DNA from: Candidatus Saccharimonadales bacterium
Lineage (GTDB): Bacteria > Patescibacteriota > Saccharimonadia > Saccharimonadales > JAYRRP01
Direction: 5' to 3'
NCBI GenBank assembly: GCA_041910055.1
Contig: JAYRRP010000003.1
Coordinates: forward strand, 237,973-301,972
DNA length: 64,000 bases
The position numbers and the translations under genes are program-made. Positions 8,873 to 18,576 of the stretch are shown here, piece by piece. A model generated the notes under the pieces. That model made no database searches. It saw nothing but the letters and a program-made list of their open reading frames with translations, and had not been told where the DNA came from. Every line of letters begins with the position of its first letter. Within the stretch, counting starts at the first letter, position 1.

Positions 8873-9304
8873 ATGGTGTGGAATCCTTTTCGTCGCTACC
8901 GAAATGACATGGACACTGGTACGGTGCCTTCAGGCGTACAGGAATATTACCAATCAGAGAGAGGCGAACGAATGGGAGTTGCCTGGCTAATCGCTTTTGT
9001 TTCTTTAATCGTTACTATTCTCGTTGTTTTACTACTCTTCTTCGGTGGGCGTTGGATATATCGAAAAATTACCAATCATAATAAATCTACTACGGCTCCT
9101 ACCTCACAAACTAGTAATTCTAATGTGGGTAATAATAGCGGTAATACTTCAACAGGGAACAACAATACGCCCGGTGGGAGTGGCCAACCTGCCCAGAATC
9201 CTAGCCAGAACAATACTACCTCGCCGACTACTGGTCCTTCTACTACGCCTGCAACGGGAGATACTACTGAAATACCTCGGACAGGTCCCGAAACTGACGA
9301 ATAA
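8873..9304 (+). CDS. membrane-anchored low-complexity protein
   Basis: SD GGGAG, one N-terminal TM (VAWLIAFVSLIVTILVVLLLFFG), then an Asn/Thr/Ser/Pro-rich tail. Confidence 0.45.
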   Translation: MVWNPFRRYRNDMDTGTVPSGVQEYYQSERGERMGVAWLIAFVSLIVTILVVLLLFFGGRWIYRKITNHNKSTTAPTSQTSNSNVGNNSGNTSTGNNNTPGGSGQPAQNPSQNNTTSPTTGPSTTPATGDTTEIPRTGPETDE

Positions 9305-9500
9305 CCCTCTTTAGCGCCAAAAAGCTAAATATCTTACAGCACACCCTAGTACTCTGGGTTGTAATAATAGGCAGACATTCCAGTGATGTTATGGCTGGGG
9401 TAAGGAGAGGAGAATAGAGAAGGGAGGTCATCCAAGTAAAAGAGGCCATTTAACTGCGAAAAACAAATAAAAGAGATTAAGGTGAATATGGGAGGGGAAG

Positions 9501-9716
9501 ATGCAAGTTTCATTAACGCGCCAGGATTTACAAGGGGCTTTGGATTATGCCAAAAACCGTCTGGTTGAGCGATTGGTGACGAAACAGGAATTGCAGGCAG
9601 CAGTAGGTTCAGTAAAAAGCTATCTGTCTACCACTGTAGCTGAGGTACACCAACGCGAGACTCAATGGTCTAAGCAGGCACTCTTGCAATCAGGGCAGGC
9701 ATTGCGGCAGCTCTAA
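9501..9716 (+). CDS. hypothetical coiled-coil protein (possibly the 5' part of a frameshifted gene)
   Basis: SD GGGAGGGG; 71 aa. Heptad-like sequence continues in the +1 frame to 9822. Confidence 0.35.
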   Translation: MQVSLTRQDLQGALDYAKNRLVERLVTKQELQAAVGSVKSYLSTTVAEVHQRETQWSKQALLQSGQALRQL

Positions 9717-9850
9717 TAGTATTGAGGCACGTTTGGCTCTACTTGAAACACAGTTAAGGCTGTTAACTAGCTCAATAAGCCGCCTTGAAGTCTTTAACGT
9801 TGAGCAGCCGTCGCAAACCTAGTGAGAGACCAAAAGTTATCAGTTAACCT

Positions 9851-10483
9851 CTAGTCTTTGGTAGTTTCCTTTGTTTGGCCGGCAAAGTAGTTGATTTCAT
9901 TTACCACATCAAGGAGTGCTTGAGCACGTGCCTTATCATCCTTGATTTGCTTGGCTGTTTCGTATGCTGTAGGGATAAGACTTTGGTTGTCGGCAGCCTG
10001 AATCATCATCATAGTGGTTCGGAATTTTTCTTCTGGCGCCTGGTCAAGCTGACCTAACAGAGGTGAAATTTCTTGCAGGGCTTGTTGTTTGATAGAAGCA
10101 AGGTCTGTTGTACCACTGACTTCACTTGCGACTGAAGAGGTATCTTCAGAAGTCGATTCGATCACTTCGGGAGTTGAAGAAATAGCCTGTTCGCTGCTGG
10201 AAGAGCCCGAAGGGATACTTGAATCGGTGCTAGAAATCGCTGTATCGGTTCCATTTGAAGGGCTACTCGCAGCGATTGTGTCTATAACGGTAGGATCAAA
10301 TGGGCTAGCTGAGCTGCTGGTACTATCGGTGCTCGTGGAGGTAGGAGTAGAAGTAGATTCTTGGGGAGTACTAGGCTCAAAGGTGGCAGGGGTGCCGCTT
10401 GCATCGTTATGAGTGGAAAGAGTGCCGTCTGCAGAAGTAGTGCTATCACTTGGCGTTGTTAAGTTTTGGTTATCGTCGAACAT
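9851..10483 (-). CDS. Ser/Thr-rich acidic protein with a conserved-looking helical C-terminus
   Basis: Tracked ORF starts at GTG 10489. ATG 10483 is preceded by GGGGGTGG. About 140 aa of S/T/D/E low complexity, then a helical domain. Confidence 0.45.
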   Translation of the reverse strand: MFDDNQNLTTPSDSTTSADGTLSTHNDASGTPATFEPSTPQESTSTPTSTSTDSTSSSASPFDPTVIDTIAASSPSNGTDTAISSTDSSIPSGSSSSEQAISSTPEVIESTSEDTSSVASEVSGTTDLASIKQQALQEISPLLGQLDQAPEEKFRTTMMMIQAADNQSLIPTAYETAKQIKDDKARAQALLDVVNEINYFAGQTKETTKD

Positions 10484-10631
10484 ATCCACCCCCGGATTTA
10501 TATGTATAAATGATATTCATTAGCACTATACCATAATCACGATGAGTGGTGTACTGCCGAAGATTTTTACATTCAAAGCCACTTGGTATACTTAACGTGG
10601 AGTAAGGCATAAGTTAAATTGACCAATAGTT

Positions 10632-11669
10632 ATGCTAGACGATCTGAAATATATTCACCAAAAAGATGCTCAAGACGCGCTCGGTATTGCCCAGCGACAA
10701 AACGAGCAGTTGCGACAGGATTTAGAGCTTAAGCAATGGAAGCCCCTGGCAAGCAAACCACAGAACGTGGTTTTTGCCGGTATGGGCGGATCAGCTCTGG
10801 CTGGTCTTGTAGGTAGTGTTTGGCCTGGCTTTGGGATTCCATTTGAGCTATGCCGGGATTATTTAATACCACGTTATGTCTCTAACCAGACCTTATTTAT
10901 TGCCGCTAGTTACTCTGGGAATACGGAGGAGACGTTGGCGGCGGTGACTGAAGCTGAAGCTCGGGGTGCAGTAATAGCTGTGATGGCTGACGGTGGGAAA
11001 CTTCAGGAAATGGCAGAGCAAAAGAACTGGCCTTTTATAATTATTCCCAAGGCTCAGCAGCCTCGTTTTGCGGTATTATCTGCCCTGAAAGCACTCGTGC
11101 AATTAATGCAGAGTGCTTCATTGGCACCCTCAGCGGTTATAGATGAGCTGACAAGTGTAGCAGATTTTTTGCAACAAATGACTCAGAATTGGGCCAGTGT
11201 GATACCGACCTCAAAAAATCCTGCCAAGCAATTAGCGCAGGAATTAATGGGCAAGTCAGTGGTCATTTACTCTGGTCCTAAGCTTATACCAGCAGCCTAT
11301 AAATGGAAGATAAGTTTTAACGAAAACGCCAAGAATATCGCGTGGCAGGGTACATTACCAGAGTTTAACCACAATGAATTTATTGGTTGGAGTGGCCAAC
11401 CTTCACAAAAGCCATATGCGATTGTAGACTTGCGCTCTAACTTGGAGCATCAACGTACCCAGAAACGTTTTTTGGTGAGTGAAACTTTGTTATCGGGTTT
11501 ACGACCAGCTCCCCAAGTAGTAGAGGCGCAAGGCGGTACTCTGCTTCAACAATTACTGTGGACCATCGCTTATGGAGATTTTGTGAGTATCTATCTGGCA
11601 CTCCTAAACGGAGTAAATCCGACTCCCGTTGACTTGGTAGAAAAGTTTAAAGTTGCACTTAATTCTTAA
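10632..11669 (+). CDS. bifunctional phosphoglucose/phosphomannose isomerase-type SIS protein
   Basis: 345 aa; GMGGSALAG and SYSGNTEET SIS motifs; size and layout of the PGI/PMI family. Confidence 0.75.
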   Translation: MLDDLKYIHQKDAQDALGIAQRQNEQLRQDLELKQWKPLASKPQNVVFAGMGGSALAGLVGSVWPGFGIPFELCRDYLIPRYVSNQTLFIAASYSGNTEETLAAVTEAEARGAVIAVMADGGKLQEMAEQKNWPFIIIPKAQQPRFAVLSALKALVQLMQSASLAPSAVIDELTSVADFLQQMTQNWASVIPTSKNPAKQLAQELMGKSVVIYSGPKLIPAAYKWKISFNENAKNIAWQGTLPEFNHNEFIGWSGQPSQKPYAIVDLRSNLEHQRTQKRFLVSETLLSGLRPAPQVVEAQGGTLLQQLLWTIAYGDFVSIYLALLNGVNPTPVDLVEKFKVALNS

Positions 11670-11724
11670 ACTACTCTTTTCGTAATGCTTGTATAAGGGA
11701 GTATTATGGAACTGGGAGGGGAGT

Positions 11725-12300
11725 ATGGAGTACCAGGACATCTTTGCCAAGGCATTGCAGCAGGCAACATCTATAATTCGCCTTGTATCTACCGATCAGT
11801 TAACTAACTCTACTCCCTGCCAGGAATGGGACTTACGGACCCTAATAAACCACATGGTATATGAACTTCTGTGGGCCCCAGAAATTATTAAGAGTAAAGA
11901 TCTTAAAGAAGTAGGGAATCGGTTCGACGGTGATCTTTTAGGGAGTGATCCACAATTTTCCTGGAAACATGCAGCTGATGCGGCCCTGGTGGCAGTGCAT
12001 TCAAGTAATCCCAAAGCGAAAGTACAGCTTTCGTATGGAAGAGTAGCTTTACCGCGCTATATTACTGAACTTGCGGCAGATCTGCTTATCCATGGGTGGG
12101 ACGTGGGGAAATCTATTGGTTGTACGGTTTTGTTTAACTCAGACCTCACTCAAGCTGTCTATAAATTCTCGAGGGCACATGCGAGAGAAATGGCATCAAG
12201 CCAGCTCTTTGGTAAGCCACTAACAGTAGCGCCTACTGAAGGGTTGCAGACAAAACTGCTTGGTTTATATGGCCGCCGGGCTGCCTGGGTAACTGCATGA
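11725..12300 (+). CDS. DinB/MDMPI-N-like metal-binding protein (TIGR03086-like)
   Basis: Start at ATG 11725 after GGGAGGGG. The ...PCQEWDLRTLINHMV... pattern is typical of the actinobacterial DinB-like family. Confidence 0.65.
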   Translation: MEYQDIFAKALQQATSIIRLVSTDQLTNSTPCQEWDLRTLINHMVYELLWAPEIIKSKDLKEVGNRFDGDLLGSDPQFSWKHAADAALVAVHSSNPKAKVQLSYGRVALPRYITELAADLLIHGWDVGKSIGCTVLFNSDLTQAVYKFSRAHAREMASSQLFGKPLTVAPTEGLQTKLLGLYGRRAAWVTA

Positions 12301-13031
12301 GACAAATTACCTCGCCGCGTGATGTACTGCGGCTGGGGACAATTCTTTCGGTGTGGGCTCATCCGGATGATGAAACATTTTTGGCAGCAGGTATCATGGC
12401 TACGGCCGCTAGAAATGGTCAAAAAGTAGTTTGCGTAACTGCCACAAAAGGTGAAGCTGGTTCGCAAAACCTTAAGAAATGGCCGCTGAAAACGTTAGCT
12501 CAAACCAGAGCTAGTGAGCTAAACAAGGCTCTTCAGATACTGGGTGTAAAAGCACACTATTGGCTAGGTTATTATGACGGTGAGTGTGAAAAAGCGGACA
12601 AGGCTAAAGCAGTTGGGAAACTTACGGACCTAATTATTAAACATCAACCAGATTCCATTTTGACTTTTGGGCCTGAGGGCATGACAGGTCATCCAGATCA
12701 CCAGGCAGTGTCGAGATGGTGTACCTCTGCGGCTCATCACACTAAAGCACCCATCACTTGTTTTCACGCAGTGCATACTACCAGCCAATATGATCGCTAC
12801 CTAAAAGATGCTGATGCGAAGCTCAATATATTCTTTAACATTGATCAGCCACCTTTGAAGGACGCCATCGATTGTGAAATTTGTTACGCACTACCGACTG
12901 ATATCCGTCGTCTCAAGCGTGATGCCCTGGCTGCTATGCCTTCCCAAACTGAAGTGTTATTAAAGTTATTTGATAAGGACTTCCTGGATGGGGCTTTTGC
13001 AAATGAATATTTTGTAGTTGCCTCCGCTTAG
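12297..13031 (+). CDS. PIG-L/LmbE family N-acetylglucosaminyl deacetylase
   Basis: VWAHPDDETF (AHPDDE) and HPDH zinc-site motifs. The ATGA overlap with the upstream gene indicates translational coupling. Confidence 0.8.
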   Translation: MRQITSPRDVLRLGTILSVWAHPDDETFLAAGIMATAARNGQKVVCVTATKGEAGSQNLKKWPLKTLAQTRASELNKALQILGVKAHYWLGYYDGECEKADKAKAVGKLTDLIIKHQPDSILTFGPEGMTGHPDHQAVSRWCTSAAHHTKAPITCFHAVHTTSQYDRYLKDADAKLNIFFNIDQPPLKDAIDCEICYALPTDIRRLKRDALAAMPSQTEVLLKLFDKDFLDGAFANEYFVVASA

Positions 13032-13582
13032 ATTGGCTTGTCTTTGAGATGTAATCGCCAACCGATATAACTGGCGATCAGGTGCAAACCAAACCAAACA
13101 CCTATAGTTAGCAGGTAGTCTTTAAAAGCCAGACGTACAATTACTGTGCTGAATAAGAGTCCTCCTGCAATATAATCCAGCTGGTCAAAAGGGAACCAAC
13201 TATCACCAGGCTTCACGCCGGATTGTCGCTTTAATAAACTTTCGACTGCATCACCAAAGAGCGCGCCGGCGGCGAGAAAGCCTCCCAACAGAACGGGGTT
13301 AATTGCGGAATAATCCACGGCTGATGAAAATGAACGGATAGTCTCGTGTTGAAGAAACATAATTTTTTGCAGAGCACAGACCAGGATACCGACAATAACC
13401 CCAAAACAAAGACCTCGCCATGTTTTGTTAGGTCCTAGTAAGCGTTTTCTATTCCATTCCATGTTCAGGTCAAGCGGTGTATGCCAACGGTTGAGATAAG
13501 GAATTTTATTCGCAAATACCGGTGCGGCGTTTGCGAGTCCAGCGGGCAGGAAGAACCAGAGACTAAACAATATATCTTTCAA
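13028..13582 (-). CDS. CarS-like (DUF46, CDP-archaeol synthase family) integral membrane cytidylyltransferase
   Basis: 184 aa, multi-TM. Has LPAGLANAAPV...PLD...LGPNKTWRG...FGD..ES..KR pattern of the CarS family. Confidence 0.65.
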   Translation of the reverse strand: MKDILFSLWFFLPAGLANAAPVFANKIPYLNRWHTPLDLNMEWNRKRLLGPNKTWRGLCFGVIVGILVCALQKIMFLQHETIRSFSSAVDYSAINPVLLGGFLAAGALFGDAVESLLKRQSGVKPGDSWFPFDQLDYIAGGLLFSTVIVRLAFKDYLLTIGVWFGLHLIASYIGWRLHLKDKPI

Positions 13583-14232
13583 TGTGACTGGCCTATGCGT
13601 TTACGTAAGCGGTTGATTTTCGGGTAAAGGAGTGATCGCAAAGGAGGATGGGTGGTAACATAGTGAGCTTTTGCAAGAGAGTTCACTAGAGTGAGACGAT
13701 GAGGTCTGTCCTCCAGGACTGTGTAAGTAGTACCAACACCTTTCTTGCCATGGGCATCGCTACTGGCGGCCATTACTTTGTGATGGAGTCGTGCCCATGT
13801 AGTTGCTTGGGGGCCACGGTTTTGAAAAAAAGCCCGCCCATTGTGGATCTCTACGATGTCAATTTTATCGGCAAGCGTATCCAATACCGCGCGGGACAAG
13901 CCCTTTCTCACGGATTCAAAAGGGTGGGGGACGTAAACAAGTCCACCTTGGTCTTTGATCATTAGGATCGTATCGAGCAATCCACGTCCGGCTGGAATCT
14001 CAGATGAGAGGAAAAGACCAATTATTTCACCTTGCTGTGTCATGATTTCTTCACCAACAATAATATGGTCACCGAGCGACTCATGCATCTTAAGGGCTGC
14101 CTTAATGGTGTTATGGTCGGTGATCGCTATGAAGTCGAGAGTGTTGTCCTCTATTAATTTTGTGTAGTCGGCATATGTCAGGCCTCCATCGGGGGAAGCC
14201 CAGGAATGCGTATGGAAATCTACCTTATACAT
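13579..14232 (-). CDS. PHP-domain metal-dependent phosphoesterase
   Basis: N-terminal DFHTHSWASPDG, ITDHN and SDAH motifs characteristic of the PHP domain. Confidence 0.8.
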   Translation of the reverse strand: MYKVDFHTHSWASPDGGLTYADYTKLIEDNTLDFIAITDHNTIKAALKMHESLGDHIIVGEEIMTQQGEIIGLFLSSEIPAGRGLLDTILMIKDQGGLVYVPHPFESVRKGLSRAVLDTLADKIDIVEIHNGRAFFQNRGPQATTWARLHHKVMAASSDAHGKKGVGTTYTVLEDRPHRLTLVNSLAKAHYVTTHPPLRSLLYPKINRLRKRIGQSH

Positions 14233-14245
14233 GTATTGAGGTGGC

Positions 14246-14872
14246 TTAAAGCTTCCTTCTAATTAAGATGAGCCGCTGAAAGGCGGTCCACCAGCTAAGT
14301 GTTGCAATTAAGACTACCGCTATATCCAGTCGCTGCAAAACTAAACAAACTATTAATATAAACATACGTACCTCATACCGCATCAGTCCGTCCTGAAAGA
14401 CACGATTAATTTCGTTTGCAGTCAGGTGCTTACCTGTCAGGGCAGTTTCTCCCTTGGCTTTGACATAACTTACTAGCAACGATCCGCCGCAGGCAGCAAC
14501 TGCCCAGACCGCCCAATAAGGTTGTACTATCCCTACGAATGCGTAAGCTATGCCACAAAATAGCAGTATTTCCTTCATGCGGTCAGTACTGGCATCGAGT
14601 AGCATACCGCCACTGCTGTCTCTTTTTTGTAAGCGGGCCAGTTCGCCGTCGAGGGCATCAAATAAGCCAAAGACTACAAGTAAGACTGCCGCAATGAAAT
14701 AAAACCTTGCTCCAATGAGCAACGCAATAGGAAGATGAGCAACCAACGCCGTAATAGTTATCATATCGGGTGAAATGCGGCCATGGCTCAGCCGATCTAA
14801 AAAGACAGCTACATGGTGCAACATTCTTTTGACAGCTTTTCTTACAGAATCTAATGATGAGGGCTTTGCCAC
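14246..14872 (-). CDS. CDP-alcohol phosphatidyltransferase
   Basis: Complete DxxDGxxAR-x8-GxxxDxxxD motif (DALDGELARLQKRDSSGGMLLDASTD); multi-TM; GTG start. Confidence 0.85.
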   Translation of the reverse strand: MAKPSSLDSVRKAVKRMLHHVAVFLDRLSHGRISPDMITITALVAHLPIALLIGARFYFIAAVLLVVFGLFDALDGELARLQKRDSSGGMLLDASTDRMKEILLFCGIAYAFVGIVQPYWAVWAVAACGGSLLVSYVKAKGETALTGKHLTANEINRVFQDGLMRYEVRMFILIVCLVLQRLDIAVVLIATLSWWTAFQRLILIRRKL

Positions 14873-14944
14873 AATACCTCTATTATAGCTTAGGCTAACC
14901 TACCGAATATGTTCACTGGCATCGGTAGCTGTATACTAAATAGT

Positions 14945-15622
14945 ATGAAATACTCGGCACCCTCGAGGGATATTGGGTTTGCGGTTGGCAGCACAGTGGC
15001 AACGAGCATAGGTTTATTTATTATGCGCGCACTTCGTTACCAGAGCATGGACTATTGGTTTTTGAACTGGAACCTCCTTTTGGCAGTCATGCCTGTCGTT
15101 TTTGCTGTGTGGTTATCGCGATACCTTCAGAAGGGCCGTTGGGTCAGCTGGCAAGGGATAGTTTTGACCGTTCTGTGGCTTAGCTTTCTACCTAACAGCT
15201 TTTATCTGGCGAGTGATCTTATCCATGTACAGAATAGCTTTGATGTGACGCTATTGTTCGACGTAGTAATGCTCCTTTCTTTTACGTTTAGCGGGTTTGT
15301 TTTGGGATACCTAAGTCTCTACCTTGTGCATCAACAGCTACTAAAACGTCTTAAGCGTGACACTGCACATTTACTCGTAGCGGCTGTGTTGCTGCTCTGT
15401 GGCTTGGCTATTTATTTGGGAAGGTATCTGCGTTGGAGCACGTGGGATGTCATCATAAATCCTACCGGATTACTCTTTGATGTATCGGATCGATTTCTTA
15501 ACCCTGCTGCCCACGAAATCACGTTCCGTACCACAGCCACGTTCTTCTGGTTATTAGTAAGTCTTTATATTACTATTTGGTATTTTATTAGGGCTTTACG
15601 TCGCCCAGATAAACACAGCTAA
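14945..15622 (+). CDS. DUF1361-like polytopic membrane protein
   Basis: Six predicted TMs. ATG 14945 lies exactly 7 nt after TATACT (14932-14937). Confidence 0.5.
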   Translation: MKYSAPSRDIGFAVGSTVATSIGLFIMRALRYQSMDYWFLNWNLLLAVMPVVFAVWLSRYLQKGRWVSWQGIVLTVLWLSFLPNSFYLASDLIHVQNSFDVTLLFDVVMLLSFTFSGFVLGYLSLYLVHQQLLKRLKRDTAHLLVAAVLLLCGLAIYLGRYLRWSTWDVIINPTGLLFDVSDRFLNPAAHEITFRTTATFFWLLVSLYITIWYFIRALRRPDKHS

Positions 15623-15640
15623 TCTGTTATACTGCAACCA

Positions 15641-17296
15641 ATGGATGAGTTGCGTCAGCAGATCAGTAGGGTGTGCGCCGCTTTGTACGGAGTGAAACAC
15701 GAGGCGGAGCTTTACCGCCCTGCGGAGAATTTCGGTGATTTTGCCACAAATATTGCCCTGAAAATTGCGCAAAAAAACGGCCAATCTGCACGGGATATCG
15801 CCTTGAAAATTATCGAGAATCTACAACAAGACCAACCAACAGCAGTCCAGGAAATCACAGTAGCTGGCCCAGGTTTTATTAACTTTAGCCTGACTGATAA
15901 AGCGCTGGAAGCCTTGAGCCAGACAGCCAAGATCACTTCTTTTGTTGGCCAAAAAGTTGTGATTGAAACTAATAACCCCAATCCTTTTAAAGATATTCAC
16001 ATTGGGCACGCTTTCAACGCGGTGGTGGCGGATACAATTGCGAATTTGCTCGAGCGGGGCGGGGCTGAAGTCCATCGGGTGAGCTATCACGGTGATGTAG
16101 GCTTGCATGTAGGCATGAGCCTGTGGGCAATATTCCACCACTATGGAGACAAGGCGCTTGAAGAACTATCACGTATTTCACCACAAGAGGCACCCGAAAA
16201 GTTGCGTGACTGGTATGCGTTTGGGGCTGGCATGTACCAAGAAGAGCCAGCCTGCCGCGAAGACATTGGAGAACTCGCCAAACAGAGCTTTTCCCCAAAT
16301 GGGGTGACAGGGCAAATCTATCAGGTGTGTAAAGAGTGGAGCTTTACCTATTTTGACGAAGTATTCAAGCGATTAAATAACCGGTCTGTGGAACGACGCT
16401 ACTTAGAGAGCCAAGCTGACCAAAGCGGTCGACAGGTGGTAGAAGAAAACATTCCCAAAGTTTTTGAGGAAAGTGGGGGAGCGATTATCTTTCGTGGCGA
16501 AAAATATGGTCTACACACCAGAGTGTTCATCAGTAAGCGCGATACTACTCTGTATGAAGCTCGTGACCTAGGGCTTATGAGGTTAAAAGCCAAGGACTAC
16601 GCTCCAGATAAAAGCTATATCATTACTGCTACTGAGCAGAAAGAATACTTTAATGTAGTGCTTAAGGCAGCCGAACTTGCGATGCCTGATCTTCGTACAG
16701 TCACAGTGAATATTCCAACCGGTACCGTAAAGTTGAGTACCGGCAAGATGAGTTCACGAACTGGTGAAGTGGTTACAATTGAATGGTTATTTGACCAAAT
16801 CAGGACAAGAGTGACTGCACTATCGAATGACCCGACAATTATTGACCAAACAGAAGTAGGGGCTACTCGTTACGCTTTATTAAAGACCCGGTTAGATAGC
16901 GACGTGATCTTTGATCTTAACCAGTCTGTGTCATTAGAGGGGAATACTGGCCCTTATTTACAATATGCGCATGCCCGAGCCTGTTCTATCTTAAAAAAAG
17001 CAGAGAATTCTTCTTCCACTTTGCTTAATGTGCCGTTAGAGCCAGCTGAACGATCACTGCTACGGAAATTTAGTGAATATACCGATGCATTGCAGAAAGC
17101 ATGCCAGGAATTGATGCCTCATTATATCTGTACATATCTCTATGAACTTGCCCATGGCTTTAACCGATTTTATGAACAGAACAGAGTACTGGATGATCCA
17201 CGGCAGGAAGTACGGTTGGCGTTAGTAGTACGCTACCAGGCAATCCTTAAAGACGGCCTGTCATTGTTAGGTATTCCAACGCCGGAACAAATGTAA
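15641..17296 (+). CDS. argS: arginyl-tRNA synthetase
   Basis: 551 aa; NPNPFKDIHIGH (HIGH) and C-terminal anticodon-binding (DALR-type) region. Extended -10 TGtTATACT ends 7 nt before the ATG. Confidence 0.95.
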   Translation: MDELRQQISRVCAALYGVKHEAELYRPAENFGDFATNIALKIAQKNGQSARDIALKIIENLQQDQPTAVQEITVAGPGFINFSLTDKALEALSQTAKITSFVGQKVVIETNNPNPFKDIHIGHAFNAVVADTIANLLERGGAEVHRVSYHGDVGLHVGMSLWAIFHHYGDKALEELSRISPQEAPEKLRDWYAFGAGMYQEEPACREDIGELAKQSFSPNGVTGQIYQVCKEWSFTYFDEVFKRLNNRSVERRYLESQADQSGRQVVEENIPKVFEESGGAIIFRGEKYGLHTRVFISKRDTTLYEARDLGLMRLKAKDYAPDKSYIITATEQKEYFNVVLKAAELAMPDLRTVTVNIPTGTVKLSTGKMSSRTGEVVTIEWLFDQIRTRVTALSNDPTIIDQTEVGATRYALLKTRLDSDVIFDLNQSVSLEGNTGPYLQYAHARACSILKKAENSSSTLLNVPLEPAERSLLRKFSEYTDALQKACQELMPHYICTYLYELAHGFNRFYEQNRVLDDPRQEVRLALVVRYQAILKDGLSLLGIPTPEQM

Positions 17297-18498
17297 TGCT
17301 GGATACGGCCCAAAAGTTGATACAAAGGGTTAGTCAGCAAATGGGCCTGAGCAAAAAGGAGATAGAGTATTTACTTGCCTACCATGCAGAACACACTTTT
17401 GATATCAAATTGCAGTCTGGGCAGGTGTACCAAGCCTATCGTGTACAGCACAATAACACTTTGGGTCCCCATAAGGGTGGAATTCGTTTCCATCATAAGG
17501 TAACCCTCGATGAAGTGAGGGCTCTTGCGTTGTTGATGTCACTAAAAACGGCCGCTGTAGGTCTGCCGCTTGGAGGTGGCAAAGGAGGAGTAGCCGTTAA
17601 CCCCAAGCTTTTGACTCCTAGTGAGTTAGAAGAATTATCACGGGCTTACGCGGCAAATTTAGCTGACCAGATTGGCCCCGATAAGGATGTCCCGGCACCC
17701 GACGTGAACACAAATCCACAAATAATAGACTGGATGTTGGATGAGTATCAACGACACACAGGAAATACTTCGGCTGCTGCGTTTACAGGTAAATCACTTG
17801 AAAATGGCGGTAGCCAGGGTCGAGATGAAGCAACAGGACGAGGGGGTGTAATTGTACTCGGTGAACTATTGAAACTCCAGAAAATCCATCGACCGATTAC
17901 TTTCGTGGTGCAAGGATTTGGAAATGTGGGAGCGTATTTCAGCACTATTGCCACAAAAGAGCAAGGATGGAGACTCGTCGCGGCAACCGACTCAAGGGGT
18001 GGCATTGCTAATAGGGAAGGCCTTAAGTCTGAGGAGCTTATTGAGCATAAACAATCTAGACAATCACTTAACACCTATAAGAAGGGCGATAGGATAACGA
18101 ATCAAGACCTTATTGGCTATGACGCTGATGTACTGGTACTAGCGGCATTAGGTAATGCTGTCACTCCTAAAAATATGCACCAGGTACGGGCAAAAGTGGT
18201 GCTTGAATTAGCGAATGCCCCAGTTAGTGATGCAGCCCATGAATACCTCACTCAACTGGGGGTGCACGTGGTCCCAGACATACTAGCCAACGCCGGAGGT
18301 GTGGTGGTGAGCTATCTCGAGTGGCTGCAGAATCGTCGGGGTGAGCAGTGGCCACTCGCAAAGGTCCAAAGTGAGCTTGAAACCTACTTAGTACCAGCTA
18401 CGCATGCAATATATAGATACTCACTAGAGCATAAGGTTTCCTTAAAAGATGCGGCAGTTGCAGTTGCGATTACTCGATTGCTTGCTGCGAAAGCGTAA
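17296..18498 (+). CDS. gdh: Glu/Leu/Phe/Val dehydrogenase family (probable glutamate dehydrogenase)
   Basis: KGGIRFH and GGGKGG motifs plus a Rossmann GFGNVG. The TAATG overlap couples it to argS. Confidence 0.85.
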   Translation: MLDTAQKLIQRVSQQMGLSKKEIEYLLAYHAEHTFDIKLQSGQVYQAYRVQHNNTLGPHKGGIRFHHKVTLDEVRALALLMSLKTAAVGLPLGGGKGGVAVNPKLLTPSELEELSRAYAANLADQIGPDKDVPAPDVNTNPQIIDWMLDEYQRHTGNTSAAAFTGKSLENGGSQGRDEATGRGGVIVLGELLKLQKIHRPITFVVQGFGNVGAYFSTIATKEQGWRLVAATDSRGGIANREGLKSEELIEHKQSRQSLNTYKKGDRITNQDLIGYDADVLVLAALGNAVTPKNMHQVRAKVVLELANAPVSDAAHEYLTQLGVHVVPDILANAGGVVVSYLEWLQNRRGEQWPLAKVQSELETYLVPATHAIYRYSLEHKVSLKDAAVAVAITRLLAAKA

Positions 18499-18576
18499 AG
18501 CCCGCGTATAATATTAAAGATAAGCACTTTCTAAACCTTTATATTGTTGTATACTAATGCTTCGAACAGGAGCTCT

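Noticed and set aside
9272-9286. IPRTG near the C-terminus of the 8873-9304 protein looks like an LPXTG sortase signal.
   Set aside because: It is followed only by PETDE and the stop, with no hydrophobic segment or positively charged tail. No sortase gene is present in the window.
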